From Patescibacteria group bacterium (lineage in GTDB: Bacteria > Patescibacteriota > Patescibacteriia > UBA10025 > JAHIVO01): a stretch of 64,000 nucleotides of DNA. A model generated the notes under the pieces. It did no database searches. It had not been told where the DNA came from and saw only the letters and a program-made list of their open reading frames with translations. The stretch spans positions 66,216-130,215 of the forward strand of contig JBAZWB010000002.1 in the NCBI GenBank assembly GCA_041660605.1, in the 5' to 3' direction. Below are positions 27,118 to 37,303 of this stretch, in pieces. Position numbers and translations under genes: made by a program. Numbering within the stretch: the stretch's first letter is position 1; the number at the start of each line of letters is the position of its first letter.

Positions 27118-28455
27118 TTACCGACAATCCTCAAAAATCTTATAACTGCTGATCTGATACCAGTCAATTTTAACCGGATTAATAGTCTTATTTTCAAATC
27201 TGATGGTCCGGCCGGGCTGGGCGCTCAGGCTGAACGGTTCGGAAATAGTGCAGGTCTGGAAAGTGGCGCTGGCGGGTAAGGTAATTACCAACCCGGTTTC
27301 GCCAGTTTCCGGGTCATTTATCAGCGTTTCCAATGATGAACCCGCCGCAGAACTGACGCGTAAACTGACGTAGTACTCTGAACCAGCCAGTATCGTATCG
27401 GCCAATGGCATGGTAAAGGAGGCGCCGTTATTATTTCCCATTGAGCAATAAGTCGGCGGGGTGGCATCTGTACAGGAAACAGTATCCACGCAGCTCAGCC
27501 AGCTCGCTCCGCCAGTAGTACAGCTATCGCAATCTATACACTGGTCAGTCAGCCCGCTCTCAACCTGGACTGTGCCTGAACTGTAAATCGGCTGGCCTAA
27601 AATTATTGTTTTATAGATTTCCCCTTCGCTGAATAGCACGTAATCATACAGCCCGAACAGCGGAACTTTCCAGGGCACCTGGGCGGTCAGAGACTGCTTG
27701 AAGTTCCCCCGCGTACCCACAGATTTTATCAAAATCTGCGAAGGAAGATCATCAGCAGACAATGGATCAACGCCATTGGGCTGTTTAAATGGCGTTACTG
27801 TCAAATCCGACAAATCACCGGACATGGCCTTTATTCTTAGCCTATAGCCAGTTGGCGTAATGTCAGTAAAAACATTCAAATTAATAGGATACCCATTAAC
27901 CATCTTTAAATCTGTCGGACCGATAATTCTTCTCGCCCGGTCAGAATAACCCAATAGGCCATTTTCATTCCAGGCAGTCCAGGAAACATCCGCCCAGGAA
28001 CCGAGATTATCACCTTCATTGATAATTCTTATTGATTCTACGGTGAATAACGGGTTTAGGGAATTATCAATATCATAATAATCCGCTTGAACGTATTTAT
28101 TCTCCAGAATATTTTCATTCTCTATTTGTGTTGATTTTTTACTTGTGCCCGCATTAGAATAAGAGGCGTTATTGCTCTGAACACTGCTGAAATTATCGGC
28201 TTGGGCCAGTATCGCTGTCACAGTTTGGGTTAGATTATTGCTGTTATCAGCACGCATTATTTTTACGGTAAAAAGTCCCCGTTCAATCCCCGATTCGGCT
28301 GCGTAATAGGCCATGGTAGAGTTGGAGGCGGTGCTGGTCAGCGCCAATTCATTGACTACAATTATAGAAACTGTCAGGGCGATGGCGGTAATCAGCGACA
28401 TTATTAAAAGCGCATATAGCAGAACCGCGCCTTGATTGTCATTCTTTAAGCTCAT
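27118..28455 (-). CDS. PilX-N-domain-like pilus-associated protein (large minor-pilin-like, Cys-rich C-terminus)
   Basis: 445 aa; N-terminal TM then AAESGIERGL motif resembling PilX_N; C-terminal CIDCDSCTTGG...C cluster. Confidence 0.5.
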   Translation of the reverse strand: MSLKNDNQGAVLLYALLIMSLITAIALTVSIIVVNELALTSTASNSTMAYYAAESGIERGLFTVKIMRADNSNNLTQTVTAILAQADNFSSVQSNNASYSNAGTSKKSTQIENENILENKYVQADYYDIDNSLNPLFTVESIRIINEGDNLGSWADVSWTAWNENGLLGYSDRARRIIGPTDLKMVNGYPINLNVFTDITPTGYRLRIKAMSGDLSDLTVTPFKQPNGVDPLSADDLPSQILIKSVGTRGNFKQSLTAQVPWKVPLFGLYDYVLFSEGEIYKTIILGQPIYSSGTVQVESGLTDQCIDCDSCTTGGASWLSCVDTVSCTDATPPTYCSMGNNNGASFTMPLADTILAGSEYYVSLRVSSAAGSSLETLINDPETGETGLVITLPASATFQTCTISEPFSLSAQPGRTIRFENKTINPVKIDWYQISSYKIFEDCR

Positions 28456-28457
28456 AA

Positions 28458-29192
28458 CTAATCATAATTTAAATTCAAAACCTGGCCGGAGGCTCGCCGC
28501 AGAGAAATAGTGGTCTGCATGGAAACCGTCCGCGATTTTTCTGGCAGGGGAATTTCCGTGGCCATGGCCGTCATGGAGATCCGGACTTTTGGCTGAAAAT
28601 TACCTCCATCGGAATAATACTGGCAAAAGCACGGATCAACGGTGCAGCTGCAGCTGTAGCCATAAATGTTCAGACATTCCAGTGTTTTGGCGCTTCCGGC
28701 CGTACACGCTACAGCTGTGCTGGGTGTGAAGGGATTAGCACTGGGAGTAATAATGAACTGTAGCTGGCTGATAGAAACGCCGACTGGGGTAATGTCAAAC
28801 CAGCCAGTGCCGGTAGCCAGATCGCAATCACCGGCGATCTCCACTTTGCAATACTGCACACCGTCTCCTTCCTGACGGAAATAGATTTCCTCTCCCGACT
28901 GATTGAAAATGGCCAATATTTTATTCGTCACGCCGGCTTGGGGGTACAGTTCAATGCCGTTATCAGCATAAAAAGAATAATTTATACTGCCCAAGCGCAC
29001 CTGCTGAGCCAAAGTCTCGAATACATAGCGCAGATCGTCCTGCACGCGCTGCATGGCCACCACTTTGCGCTGAGAATTATTGATAATCAGATAGACGTTG
29101 ATCGCCGCCAAAATTGTCATCACAAAAATCGACAGAGAAATAATCATTTCTATGAGGGTAAAGCCGTTTTGATTTTTTGACAGATGGTTCAT
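28458..29192 (-). CDS. Type IV minor pilin / pseudopilin (prepilin-type N-terminal cleavage/methylation domain)
   Basis: 244 aa; NGFTLIEMIISLSIF class III signal sequence. Confidence 0.65.
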   Translation of the reverse strand: MNHLSKNQNGFTLIEMIISLSIFVMTILAAINVYLIINNSQRKVVAMQRVQDDLRYVFETLAQQVRLGSINYSFYADNGIELYPQAGVTNKILAIFNQSGEEIYFRQEGDGVQYCKVEIAGDCDLATGTGWFDITPVGVSISQLQFIITPSANPFTPSTAVACTAGSAKTLECLNIYGYSCSCTVDPCFCQYYSDGGNFQPKVRISMTAMATEIPLPEKSRTVSMQTTISLRRASGQVLNLNYD

Positions 29193-29352
29193 TGTTTCTT
29201 TCTAATTTAATCCAATATTCCTTTCAAGCTTTAACTCCATTGGATTTGACGCACTCTATGACAGGTACGCTCGGAGCTAAAATTATTCCCGCCCGCCTGA
29301 CTTCGTCAGGCGAAGTCGGGCGCGGCATTATAAATTTTAAATTATTAATTAA

Positions 29353-29961
29353 CTACAACGCCAGCCAATTATACAATCTATCCTCAATGATAATTTTCTT
29401 ACTGGAACTGGCATCCGGCCAATGCACTTCGGAAATTATTCGTACACCGACTTTTGCATAGCCGAGACCGAAAGCAGTGCAGTCATCAGTTGAGGTTTTG
29501 ACGGGTATTTTTTCATCGCCATCCGTGTCCAGTCGGCAGATGGGATTCAAATACAAAATTCTGAAAAATTCCGTCCGGCTGCCGCTAGCTGAACTGCCCT
29601 GCAAAAATTGGTCCAAAGCATCGCTGTATTTAAGATTTGTCGGTGCCGTAATGCTAAAATCTAATGTGATATTCGATGTCCCGTCGATTACCGGCTGCGC
29701 CATGTTGTCATTTCCAGAAACCAATCCGCTGTCCCAAGCTGGATGGCTGGGGTCCGACCAATTGCTATCGCGGATATTGCGCACTATTTCTATGCCCTCG
29801 CGCGCCAGGCTCGAGCCGATCAGTTTATTCCTGCTATCCCGGCCGGCGTTAATACTGGTAACAACCAAAACGATCGTCGCTGTCAGTGAAATCAATAAAA
29901 CTGAGACGGCGATTATTACTTCTAGCAAGCTTTGGCCTTTTTTGTTAAAAATAATTTTCAT
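29353..29961 (-). CDS. Type IV minor pilin (PilV-like)
   Basis: 202 aa; KGQSLLEVIIAVSVL prepilin N-terminus. Confidence 0.6.
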   Translation of the reverse strand: MKIIFNKKGQSLLEVIIAVSVLLISLTATIVLVVTSINAGRDSRNKLIGSSLAREGIEIVRNIRDSNWSDPSHPAWDSGLVSGNDNMAQPVIDGTSNITLDFSITAPTNLKYSDALDQFLQGSSASGSRTEFFRILYLNPICRLDTDGDEKIPVKTSTDDCTAFGLGYAKVGVRIISEVHWPDASSSKKIIIEDRLYNWLAL

Positions 29962-29966
29962 ATTTT

Positions 29967-30656
29967 TTATAAACTGCAGGGATTCTGGACCTCGCTTATC
30001 TGGCCGGAGATGCGGTTAATGGATATTTTCCGGCAATTTTCGGTGACAAAATTGCTTTGGACCAGTAAATCGAGGGTATTTATCAAGTCACCGTCCCCGT
30101 CCACTGCAGGCACCTGATGCAGATAAAAATGAATATCGCCATTAGGCGGCTCAAAAGTAATGTCCAGGGGATTTATAGGGCTTGGTGCCAGCGCCACCCC
30201 ATTCCCCAATTTAAACTGCAAAATATAAAGCCCCTTAATGGAAATATCTTTCAGTAAAATTGCGGCATCTACATTCGAATCATCATAGAATTGATTTTTT
30301 GTCGTATCGCCAAATAGTAAATAAGATCCGGTTGACTCCAGATGAATCCCATAGCCTCCCAAAGGCACGGAAGTTATGCAGCTATTTGGCGCGCAATAAG
30401 TGTCATCAGCGCAGGGTTTGAATGCATTGGGTTGGGGTATAGAGCCTCCCTCGCAGTATTTAATGCTGTTGCCTCCGGTAGTGTACCCCTGGGCCAGACG
30501 AAGATTTTGTAGCAGCTCAGTGCCGGCTCGCCGGAGCTCATTAGCCCGCCGGCCGTATTGGAAATTTGCCATTACCAGCACTGACATAATGCCAATAATA
30601 CTGATGGTAATCAGCAACTCTAGCAATGTAAATCCCCGGCTGTCGCGATTTTTCAT
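29967..30656 (-). CDS. Type IV minor pilin / GspH-FimT-like pseudopilin
   Basis: 229 aa; RGFTLLELLITISIIGIM prepilin N-terminus. Confidence 0.65.
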   Translation of the reverse strand: MKNRDSRGFTLLELLITISIIGIMSVLVMANFQYGRRANELRRAGTELLQNLRLAQGYTTGGNSIKYCEGGSIPQPNAFKPCADDTYCAPNSCITSVPLGGYGIHLESTGSYLLFGDTTKNQFYDDSNVDAAILLKDISIKGLYILQFKLGNGVALAPSPINPLDITFEPPNGDIHFYLHQVPAVDGDGDLINTLDLLVQSNFVTENCRKISINRISGQISEVQNPCSL

Positions 30657-31435
30657 AAGATAAGCAGATTCTTATAAAACAAAATTACCGCTGAACCAAT
30701 TAAAAAAGCTGCAAAGGTGGCCAGGCTCAGGAAGGTTCCAAAAGGTACCTGGCTTTTCCATTTTTTTCTGCCTGAAAAGATCAGCCCCAGCCCGCCTAAG
30801 GAGCCAGTAAAATAAGCAATGAATAAAGCTACCAGCAAAGCCTGATAGCCCAGCATTGCCCCCATCATCAAGCCCAGCCGGATATCGCCTCCGCCGATCC
30901 ATTTACCGCGCGAGACCAGATACTGCAGCAGAAAAAAACCTCCGCCGATCAGCAGGCCTAATAGCAGGCTAAGCAATGAAATTTTCAAAACGAAAAAAGA
31001 CAATAGGAAAGCGATAACAACCGCCGGAATCGATACCTTGTCCAAAACCAGATAATACCGCCAGTCAAAGACAAATATTATTATTAAAAATACTGTATAA
31101 ATCAGATAAACCGCGAAAGTCGCGGATAAACCGAATTTGAAATAAAGCAGTAAAAAAGCCATCGCCGTGGCCAACTCCACCAGTGGATACTGCCAGGAAA
31201 TTTTTTTCCGGCAGTAACGGCATTTGCCTTTTAGAAAAATAAAGCTAAAAACGGGAAATAAATCGCGAAAATCCAAATTGTGCTTGCAAAAAGGACAATA
31301 CGAATGCCCCTTCATAAAACTTACCCCAACATGCAGACGGTAAATGACCGCGTTTAGAAAACTGCCGATAACCAAACCTAAAATTATTACGAAAAATTCA
31401 ATCATACCAGTGTATATTATAACAGAAAAAGGCAA
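30653..31435 (-). CDS. pilD: Prepilin peptidase (A24 family)
   Basis: 260 aa; N-terminal CPFC...CRYC zinc motif, multi-TM, GGGDIRLGLMMG catalytic Asp region. Confidence 0.85.
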   Translation of the reverse strand: MPFSVIIYTGMIEFFVIILGLVIGSFLNAVIYRLHVGVSFMKGHSYCPFCKHNLDFRDLFPVFSFIFLKGKCRYCRKKISWQYPLVELATAMAFLLLYFKFGLSATFAVYLIYTVFLIIIFVFDWRYYLVLDKVSIPAVVIAFLLSFFVLKISLLSLLLGLLIGGGFFLLQYLVSRGKWIGGGDIRLGLMMGAMLGYQALLVALFIAYFTGSLGGLGLIFSGRKKWKSQVPFGTFLSLATFAAFLIGSAVILFYKNLLIL

Positions 31436-31484
31436 ATAAAAACAGATATGATTTTTTCATACCTGCTCTATTATTTAAATAGTT

Positions 31485-31898
31485 TTAGTTAATACCTTCG
31501 GGTGAAAGAGTGTGTTTGCCGGATTTCAAGCTGCCGTAATTCTTCTCCAGATTAAAGGTAATTTCATAGCCATCTTCCGCCGGTACCTTGGTTACCAGAT
31601 AGCTGGACTGACCTGGATCCGTAAATTGGCTTACGTTATTGACGTAATTCTTCAGATTGCACTGGCTGGCCAGCATATTCAGCTGATCACAGCCCCCTTC
31701 GGCTGCCCCGGCGTAACTGGCCGTATCTTTATACAGAAATTCAAAAGCTGCCTGCAGTCTGGCTATATCCGACAGCCGGCGGGCATCCCTGGTTTTGGCT
31801 TTTTCCTGGTTCAATAATACGAAGCCGCCGCCGATGAGCACGCCGAAAACTATGATTAAGACCAATATTTGAATCAGTGAGACTCCCTTTTTATTCAT
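31485..31898 (-). CDS. Pilin-like protein with non-canonical N-terminus (Gln instead of Glu at +5)
   Basis: 137 aa; KKGVSLIQILVLIIVFGVLIGG then RRLSDIARLQAAFEFY pilin-like alpha1 motif. Confidence 0.45.
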   Translation of the reverse strand: MNKKGVSLIQILVLIIVFGVLIGGGFVLLNQEKAKTRDARRLSDIARLQAAFEFLYKDTASYAGAAEGGCDQLNMLASQCNLKNYVNNVSQFTDPGQSSYLVTKVPAEDGYEITFNLEKNYGSLKSGKHTLSPEGIN

Positions 31899-31916
31899 AT
31901 CATTTAGTAATATTTA

Positions 31917-32414
31917 TTAAGTCGCTGGCAGGGTTGGGCAATGATCGCCCTCGCCGTAGATGCCGGTTGAATAAAAATAGAACCACATTTTCGTATCCGC
32001 TTCCTTATGAAAACAGATAACATAGTTCCGATGATTCACCGCGCTGTTCTCATTAGTATCATAGAAATAATAATAGTTGCTGTTGTTAATCGGATCTTTA
32101 AACGGCGCACTGATATATCCCGGATACAAAGGATTATTATGATTATTATCTGAAAAAATGGAGTTATCAATGGCCAAATCGCTGTCATCCGGGCCAGCGC
32201 CTCCGTTCGTAGCCGGTACAGGATACTGTTCGTGATCCGCGTAATAAAGGGCTAGTCCTGAACGCAACTCTGCTAAATCTGCCATACGGTGGGCATCGCG
32301 GGCCGAAGCGCGCGCGCCGTCCAGGGTCGCCAGGCCGATAACCGCCAAAATGCCTATAATCGCGATCACTACCAGCAGCTCAATTAAAGTAAAAGCTTTG
32401 TTATTTACTCCCAT
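31917..32414 (-). CDS. Type IV pilin (candidate major pilin)
   Basis: 165 aa; [19 protein letters not shown]; RDAHRMADLAELRSGLALYY motif. Confidence 0.8.
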   Translation of the reverse strand: MGVNNKAFTLIELLVVIAIIGILAVIGLATLDGARASARDAHRMADLAELRSGLALYYADHEQYPVPATNGGAGPDDSDLAIDNSIFSDNNHNNPLYPGYISAPFKDPINNSNYYYFYDTNENSAVNHRNYVICFHKEADTKMWFYFYSTGIYGEGDHCPTLPAT

Positions 32415-32456
32415 ATTATGATGCGCTTTACTTGCCTATTTATTTTACCATAAAAG

Positions 32457-35423
32457 CTAATTATTTTCCTGTGGATTCTGGTTTTTTGAATATTCCATCA
32501 ATTTCTCCTTGGCTAAAGCATTGTCGGGATTATATTCCAGGGCCGCCTGAAAATCTCTTCTGGCAGAATCAGTATTTCCCAGCTCGGACTCGATCACACC
32601 CAGGTCAGTCTGTATCATAGATATGTCACTAAGAATTTTTGCTCGGTCATTAACCACCCAGATGACTGAATTAACAATCTCCGGCGAATAATGGCCAGCC
32701 GCAGCTTCTAATATCGTCCTGGCTTTTTCTTTATCCCCAGACTGATAATACGCCGCGGCAAAATAACGGTGCAAAACAGGCTTGCCGACGGGATTCAATG
32801 TCACTGCTTTCTCAAGTATTTTTTCCGCTTCCGTATATTGCTTGGACCTTAAATAATACAAACCTAATTCCTCATACGCCTGGTAATCACCCGGGCTTGA
32901 GCTGATTGTTTTATTCAACTCATCCAAATATTCTTTTGTGTAAAACTCTTTATTATCGGGTATTAATAAATATTCGGTCCGGGCCAACCCATAATGCAGA
33001 TTGTAATTAAGCGGATCAAATTTCAGCGCACTTCTATAAATACTCTCGGCCTGCGCCAATTCCATGTTATCAGTTTTTTGTACGGCTGACTCCGCCGAAT
33101 TTGTTGAATAGAAGAAAATTAAGCCGCCAACCATGACCAACAGGGCAACCGTACCAATAACCGCTTTTGCCGTTTTTGAAAAAAGGAAAGTATCCCGCTG
33201 ATTAACATTACTAATGCCGGCTTGCCGGTTTATCAGGAAAATTTTATAGAAAACACCGAGTACGGTAAAAAAAACTATAAGGTTGGTAGGAAACTGCCAG
33301 TCCAGCTCCACGAAATTATGGATCAGGCTGCCAACCAACCCCATACCCAACCCCGCTATCAGTGCTTTATCTTCATTATTCTGAATATTTTTCAAGCCTT
33401 TCATGGCCTGGAAGACCATCAGCAGAATTATCCCGACAAACCAGAAAAAAGCCAGACCGCCAGCTACCCCGGTTTCCGCCAAAACTTTCAGATAAATATT
33501 ATGAGGATCAATGGAATAATATCTGATATCGCTTAAATACTGGCGATAGGCAATGCGATATGTGTCAAAACCTGTGCCAATAAACGGATTATGCAGAATT
33601 ATTTCTTTCGCTCCCTGCCAAAAATACAGGCGAGCAACCACGGCGTTTTCCTCGCTGGTCTCAATGGAGTAATTGATGGCCGAGCTGGTCTGATTTTCAC
33701 TGGCGGAAACCTGCGCTTGATGGGTCTTCAGCTGATTCAGCCCCCACCAGCCAACTGCCACCGCCGCGGCAACAATAACCACCGCCAGCGCAATAAAACG
33801 CCAATTTTTCCGGTAACTGCCGGCCAGCCAGCATATTACGCCCAAAGGTATGATAATGCTTAGCCAGCTGCCTCGGGAATAAGTCAGCACAAAAACCAGA
33901 GTAATAAGGATAGCAATTAATATCAGGCCGATTTTTGCTTTTTTATTTTTTATAAAAAACAAGTACGAATAAACTAACGGCAGGACGAAGAGCAAAAATC
34001 CGGCAAAAGGGTTATGCTGGTAAAAAGTCGAGGTGGCACGCAGATAATTGAAGATTTCCGTAGTCGTGAAAAAATAAATGCCGATCAGCGACAAAATAAC
34101 GCCCAGCATTATGATCAGATAGGCGATCTTGTGAGCCTCAGAAACCGCCGCGATCAGGTAGAAAACCCCGAAAAAAATAATAATATAAGACAGCCAATGC
34201 AGCAGCTGGTAATAGCCGTCATACGGCGAGATGGAGAAAAAAATTGAGATAACCGTTACTAAAAGGAAGGCCGCCAATGGCAAAATTAAATTATGCTTCC
34301 ATGGTATCTTGCCCTGGAGAGCGGGTTTTTCTGAACGCAGAGCGAAAAACACCAGCGGAAAAGCCAGAATAAACACGAAGGTGCGGGCGATCAGATCCCG
34401 GCCGCCGGTAAAAAAACTTGGTACCACGACGATTAAGGCCAGCATTATGATGGATATAAGTTCTCTGAAATTTCTGATTTCAAAAAAGTAATAAATAATC
34501 CCGAATCCCAGCGATAGCGAACGGCCTAAAATGAAAAATGGCATTGTTATGCCTTCAATAAAGCCACGCCTAAAAGCCCGCCAGGTCAGAGGAGCAATAG
34601 CTAATAAAAAAATCAGAGCTTCCGCCAGCATTATATACTTGGCAAATGGCACCATCGGCCACAGGCAAAGCGTAAACAAAAATATAAAAACTGCCGCAAT
34701 CTGCAGTTTCAATGTCTGGGGGGTGTAAGAATCACGCAGAATTTTTTTCGGATAATTTTTATACACATCCATGCGCCAGTATGAGCGCCAAAATTTCACC
34801 TTTAAATAATTCCTGAAATTATGCGGGTGCTGGTGATAGACGGCCCCATCTTTAATAAATACTATTTTGTGTCCGGCATTGGTCAGTTTATAGGCAAACT
34901 GCACGTCTTCACTCATTTTCAGATCTTCTTTGAAGCCGCCTAATTCCAAAAATAATTTTTTCCTGACAGCACCGGCGGAAAAATCCATAAAATCCAGGCC
35001 TTTTGATCTGGCCATTTTGCTGTATCTTTCCTCAAATTCCACCTGTACTAACCGGGAAATTAATCCAACTTGCTTTGTTTTATAAACTCCTTTTACCGCC
35101 GCAACTGACTGCTCGGCAAACGGCCTGGTCATTTTTTCAATCCAGTTTTCTGCTGCAACGCAATCAGAATCTATGAATAATAAGATATCGCCGGCTGCCT
35201 CTCTGGCGCCATAATTCCTGGCTGAGGCTGGCCCGGCATTTTTCTTCAGTAGATGCTTAACATCTGAAATCTTCCCGACAATCCGCCGTGTCTGGTCATA
35301 AGAGCCGTCATCAACAACAATAATTTCATAATTATCTCTGGAAACGGTCTGCTTTTCCAGTGATTTTAAGCAGTCTTTTATTGTTTTTTCAGCGTTAAAA
35401 ACTGGGACGACTACCGAGATCAT
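32457..35423 (-). CDS. Tripartite fusion: GT2 glycosyltransferase + polytopic O-antigen-ligase/Wzy_C-like domain + C-terminal TPR repeats
   Basis: 988 aa; N-terminus VVVPVFNAEKTIKDCL...IIVVDDGSYDQT...FIDSDC (GT-A DxD); about 12 TM helices in the middle; TPR-like YQAYEELGLYYLRSKQYTEAEKILEKA at the C-terminus. Confidence 0.7.
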   Translation of the reverse strand: MISVVVPVFNAEKTIKDCLKSLEKQTVSRDNYEIIVVDDGSYDQTRRIVGKISDVKHLLKKNAGPASARNYGAREAAGDILLFIDSDCVAAENWIEKMTRPFAEQSVAAVKGVYKTKQVGLISRLVQVEFEERYSKMARSKGLDFMDFSAGAVRKKLFLELGGFKEDLKMSEDVQFAYKLTNAGHKIVFIKDGAVYHQHPHNFRNYLKVKFWRSYWRMDVYKNYPKKILRDSYTPQTLKLQIAAVFIFLFTLCLWPMVPFAKYIMLAEALIFLLAIAPLTWRAFRRGFIEGITMPFFILGRSLSLGFGIIYYFFEIRNFRELISIIMLALIVVVPSFFTGGRDLIARTFVFILAFPLVFFALRSEKPALQGKIPWKHNLILPLAAFLLVTVISIFFSISPYDGYYQLLHWLSYIIIFFGVFYLIAAVSEAHKIAYLIIMLGVILSLIGIYFFTTTEIFNYLRATSTFYQHNPFAGFLLFVLPLVYSYLFFIKNKKAKIGLILIAILITLVFVLTYSRGSWLSIIIPLGVICWLAGSYRKNWRFIALAVVIVAAAVAVGWWGLNQLKTHQAQVSASENQTSSAINYSIETSEENAVVARLYFWQGAKEIILHNPFIGTGFDTYRIAYRQYLSDIRYYSIDPHNIYLKVLAETGVAGGLAFFWFVGIILLMVFQAMKGLKNIQNNEDKALIAGLGMGLVGSLIHNFVELDWQFPTNLIVFFTVLGVFYKIFLINRQAGISNVNQRDTFLFSKTAKAVIGTVALLVMVGGLIFFYSTNSAESAVQKTDNMELAQAESIYRSALKFDPLNYNLHYGLARTEYLLIPDNKEFYTKEYLDELNKTISSSPGDYQAYEELGLYYLRSKQYTEAEKILEKAVTLNPVGKPVLHRYFAAAYYQSGDKEKARTILEAAAGHYSPEIVNSVIWVVNDRAKILSDISMIQTDLGVIESELGNTDSARRDFQAALEYNPDNALAKEKLMEYSKNQNPQENN

Positions 35424-35429
35424 ACTGTC

Positions 35430-36293
35430 TTAACTGGTTAACTCTTTCTTATAACTGTCCAGTGATTCGCTTTCTGGAATATCCGCTAAGAATAACTCTA
35501 TTCTAAGTAATTTTTTCAAAATTTTTGTTTTATGAGGAGTGTAAAATTTCTGAAAAAAATAGATCATGCCTAATCTTTGCCTGATAAATTTATTATACCT
35601 TCTTTGCTCTGATTTTCCCAGGTCATAATGCACAGCGCTGGCTTCCGGATAATAAGCCACTTTCCAGCCGGCTTTTTTTATCCGATAACAAAGGTCAACT
35701 TCCTCCATATACATAAAATATTTTTCATCAAAAAAGCCTATCTTTTTCAAAACCTCCGCCTTAATTGCGAAAAACGCGCCAACCACCCAATCAGGATAGC
35801 TGATTTTTTTATAAAATCCCCGGCTTCTTATAAAATAAGCAGGAAAAAATATATTTAATAATGCTAGCTTATCTAATAAAAGATTTTTAATGTTGGGGAA
35901 TCGTCCGGCAGAATATTGAAGTTTCCCATTCGGATTATTCAGCCCGCCTCCGACCGCACCCAGATCCTGATGTGCCGATAAATAAGCGACAATTTTTTCA
36001 ACAGCCTTCTCTCCAACCATCGTATCTGCATTTAGCAATACTATAATATCCCCTATCGCCTGCTTAATGCCGATATTAACCGCTTTGGCAAAACCAAAAT
36101 TTTTTTCATTCTGAATCAGCCTGACATTACTGAATTCTTTGACGACAAAAACGGCATTATCCGACGAATTATTATCAACCACGATTATCTCATAATCAAG
36201 ATTTTCCGCTGACTTCATGCAGGTGGTGAGGCATTGGCCGATGTATTGAGCAGCTTTATAAGTAACAATTATTATTGAAGTTTTTTTGTTCAT
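35430..36293 (-). CDS. Family 2 glycosyltransferase
   Basis: 287 aa; IIVTYKAA...IIVVDNNSSD, LNADT DxD-like. Confidence 0.8.
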   Translation of the reverse strand: MNKKTSIIIVTYKAAQYIGQCLTTCMKSAENLDYEIIVVDNNSSDNAVFVVKEFSNVRLIQNEKNFGFAKAVNIGIKQAIGDIIVLLNADTMVGEKAVEKIVAYLSAHQDLGAVGGGLNNPNGKLQYSAGRFPNIKNLLLDKLALLNIFFPAYFIRSRGFYKKISYPDWVVGAFFAIKAEVLKKIGFFDEKYFMYMEEVDLCYRIKKAGWKVAYYPEASAVHYDLGKSEQRRYNKFIRQRLGMIYFFQKFYTPHKTKILKKLLRIELFLADIPESESLDSYKKELTS

Positions 36294-37288
36294 TCAGTTT
36301 TAGAAAATTTTTCTGCCCATTGTGAAAATATTTCATTGCCAAATTTCCTGCTACGGCGGATGTTGCGCCTTTTACCAAGCATTGACGGAATTTTGACTAA
36401 AACCGAAAAAAATAATTTTGTGTAAAAAAAGGCATTTTCAAAGAGGCCTGTACCGCCGGCCTGATAGGTAAACGGATTTTTCAGTGCCTTCGGCCACCAG
36501 GCCAGAGGATAAATTTTTATCATGACGAAAATCCTGCTTCTGGCAGTTAAGAACTTTTTTCTGTTGTTTTTCATCTGGGAAAAAGTCGCCGAGACTTTAT
36601 GATAAACAACCGCTTCCGGAACAAAAACGCATTTCCACTCCATCAATCGGATACGCAGTGATAAATCCGTATCCTCAATATAGGCAAAATGGTCGCTATC
36701 GAAAAAATCGTTACCCAGCCTGGACTGTTCCAGAGCTTCACGGCGGTAAAGTGCTGCTCCGGCGCAGGCGCTCAGACATTCCTCGGTTTGAAAGTATTTA
36801 TCAGATTTGCCATGACCGCGCGGAAATACTTTCAGGCTGCCGGTAAAATAAAAATCGCCGGCTGAATCAACAATATTTCTTTGATCAAAATAAAGCAATT
36901 TACTGGCACAAGCGCCGATATCTTCATCCGATTCTGCCACTTTTACCAATTTTTTCAGCCAATCAACCTTAACTTCGGTATCATTATTCAAAGTAACAAT
37001 ATATTTTACCTCGGGATTTCTTAAGGCTTCTCTGATGCCGATGTTATTTCCCTCGGCAAAGCCATAATTTTTACCCGCTTCAATTATTTTTACTTGAGCA
37101 AAGTTTTTTCTCACATATGCTATAGAGCTGTCAGATGAACCATTATCAACCATAATAACATCAAACTCGCGATAGGTTTGTTTAAACAGCGACTGCAAGC
37201 ACGTTTCCAGGTGCTGGCGGCCGTTGTAATTGAGGATGATGATTGTTGCAGGAGAGTTCATAGTTTCTTCTTGGTTAAAATATCGCAA
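36290..37288 (-). CDS. Family 2 glycosyltransferase
   Basis: 332 aa; IIILNYNGRQHLETCLQSL...VIMVDNGSSD. Confidence 0.8.
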   Translation of the reverse strand: MRYFNQEETMNSPATIIILNYNGRQHLETCLQSLFKQTYREFDVIMVDNGSSDSSIAYVRKNFAQVKIIEAGKNYGFAEGNNIGIREALRNPEVKYIVTLNNDTEVKVDWLKKLVKVAESDEDIGACASKLLYFDQRNIVDSAGDFYFTGSLKVFPRGHGKSDKYFQTEECLSACAGAALYRREALEQSRLGNDFFDSDHFAYIEDTDLSLRIRLMEWKCVFVPEAVVYHKVSATFSQMKNNRKKFLTARSRIFVMIKIYPLAWWPKALKNPFTYQAGGTGLFENAFFYTKLFFSVLVKIPSMLGKRRNIRRSRKFGNEIFSQWAEKFSKTE

Positions 37289-37303
37289 GTGCAGAATATA
37301 AAA

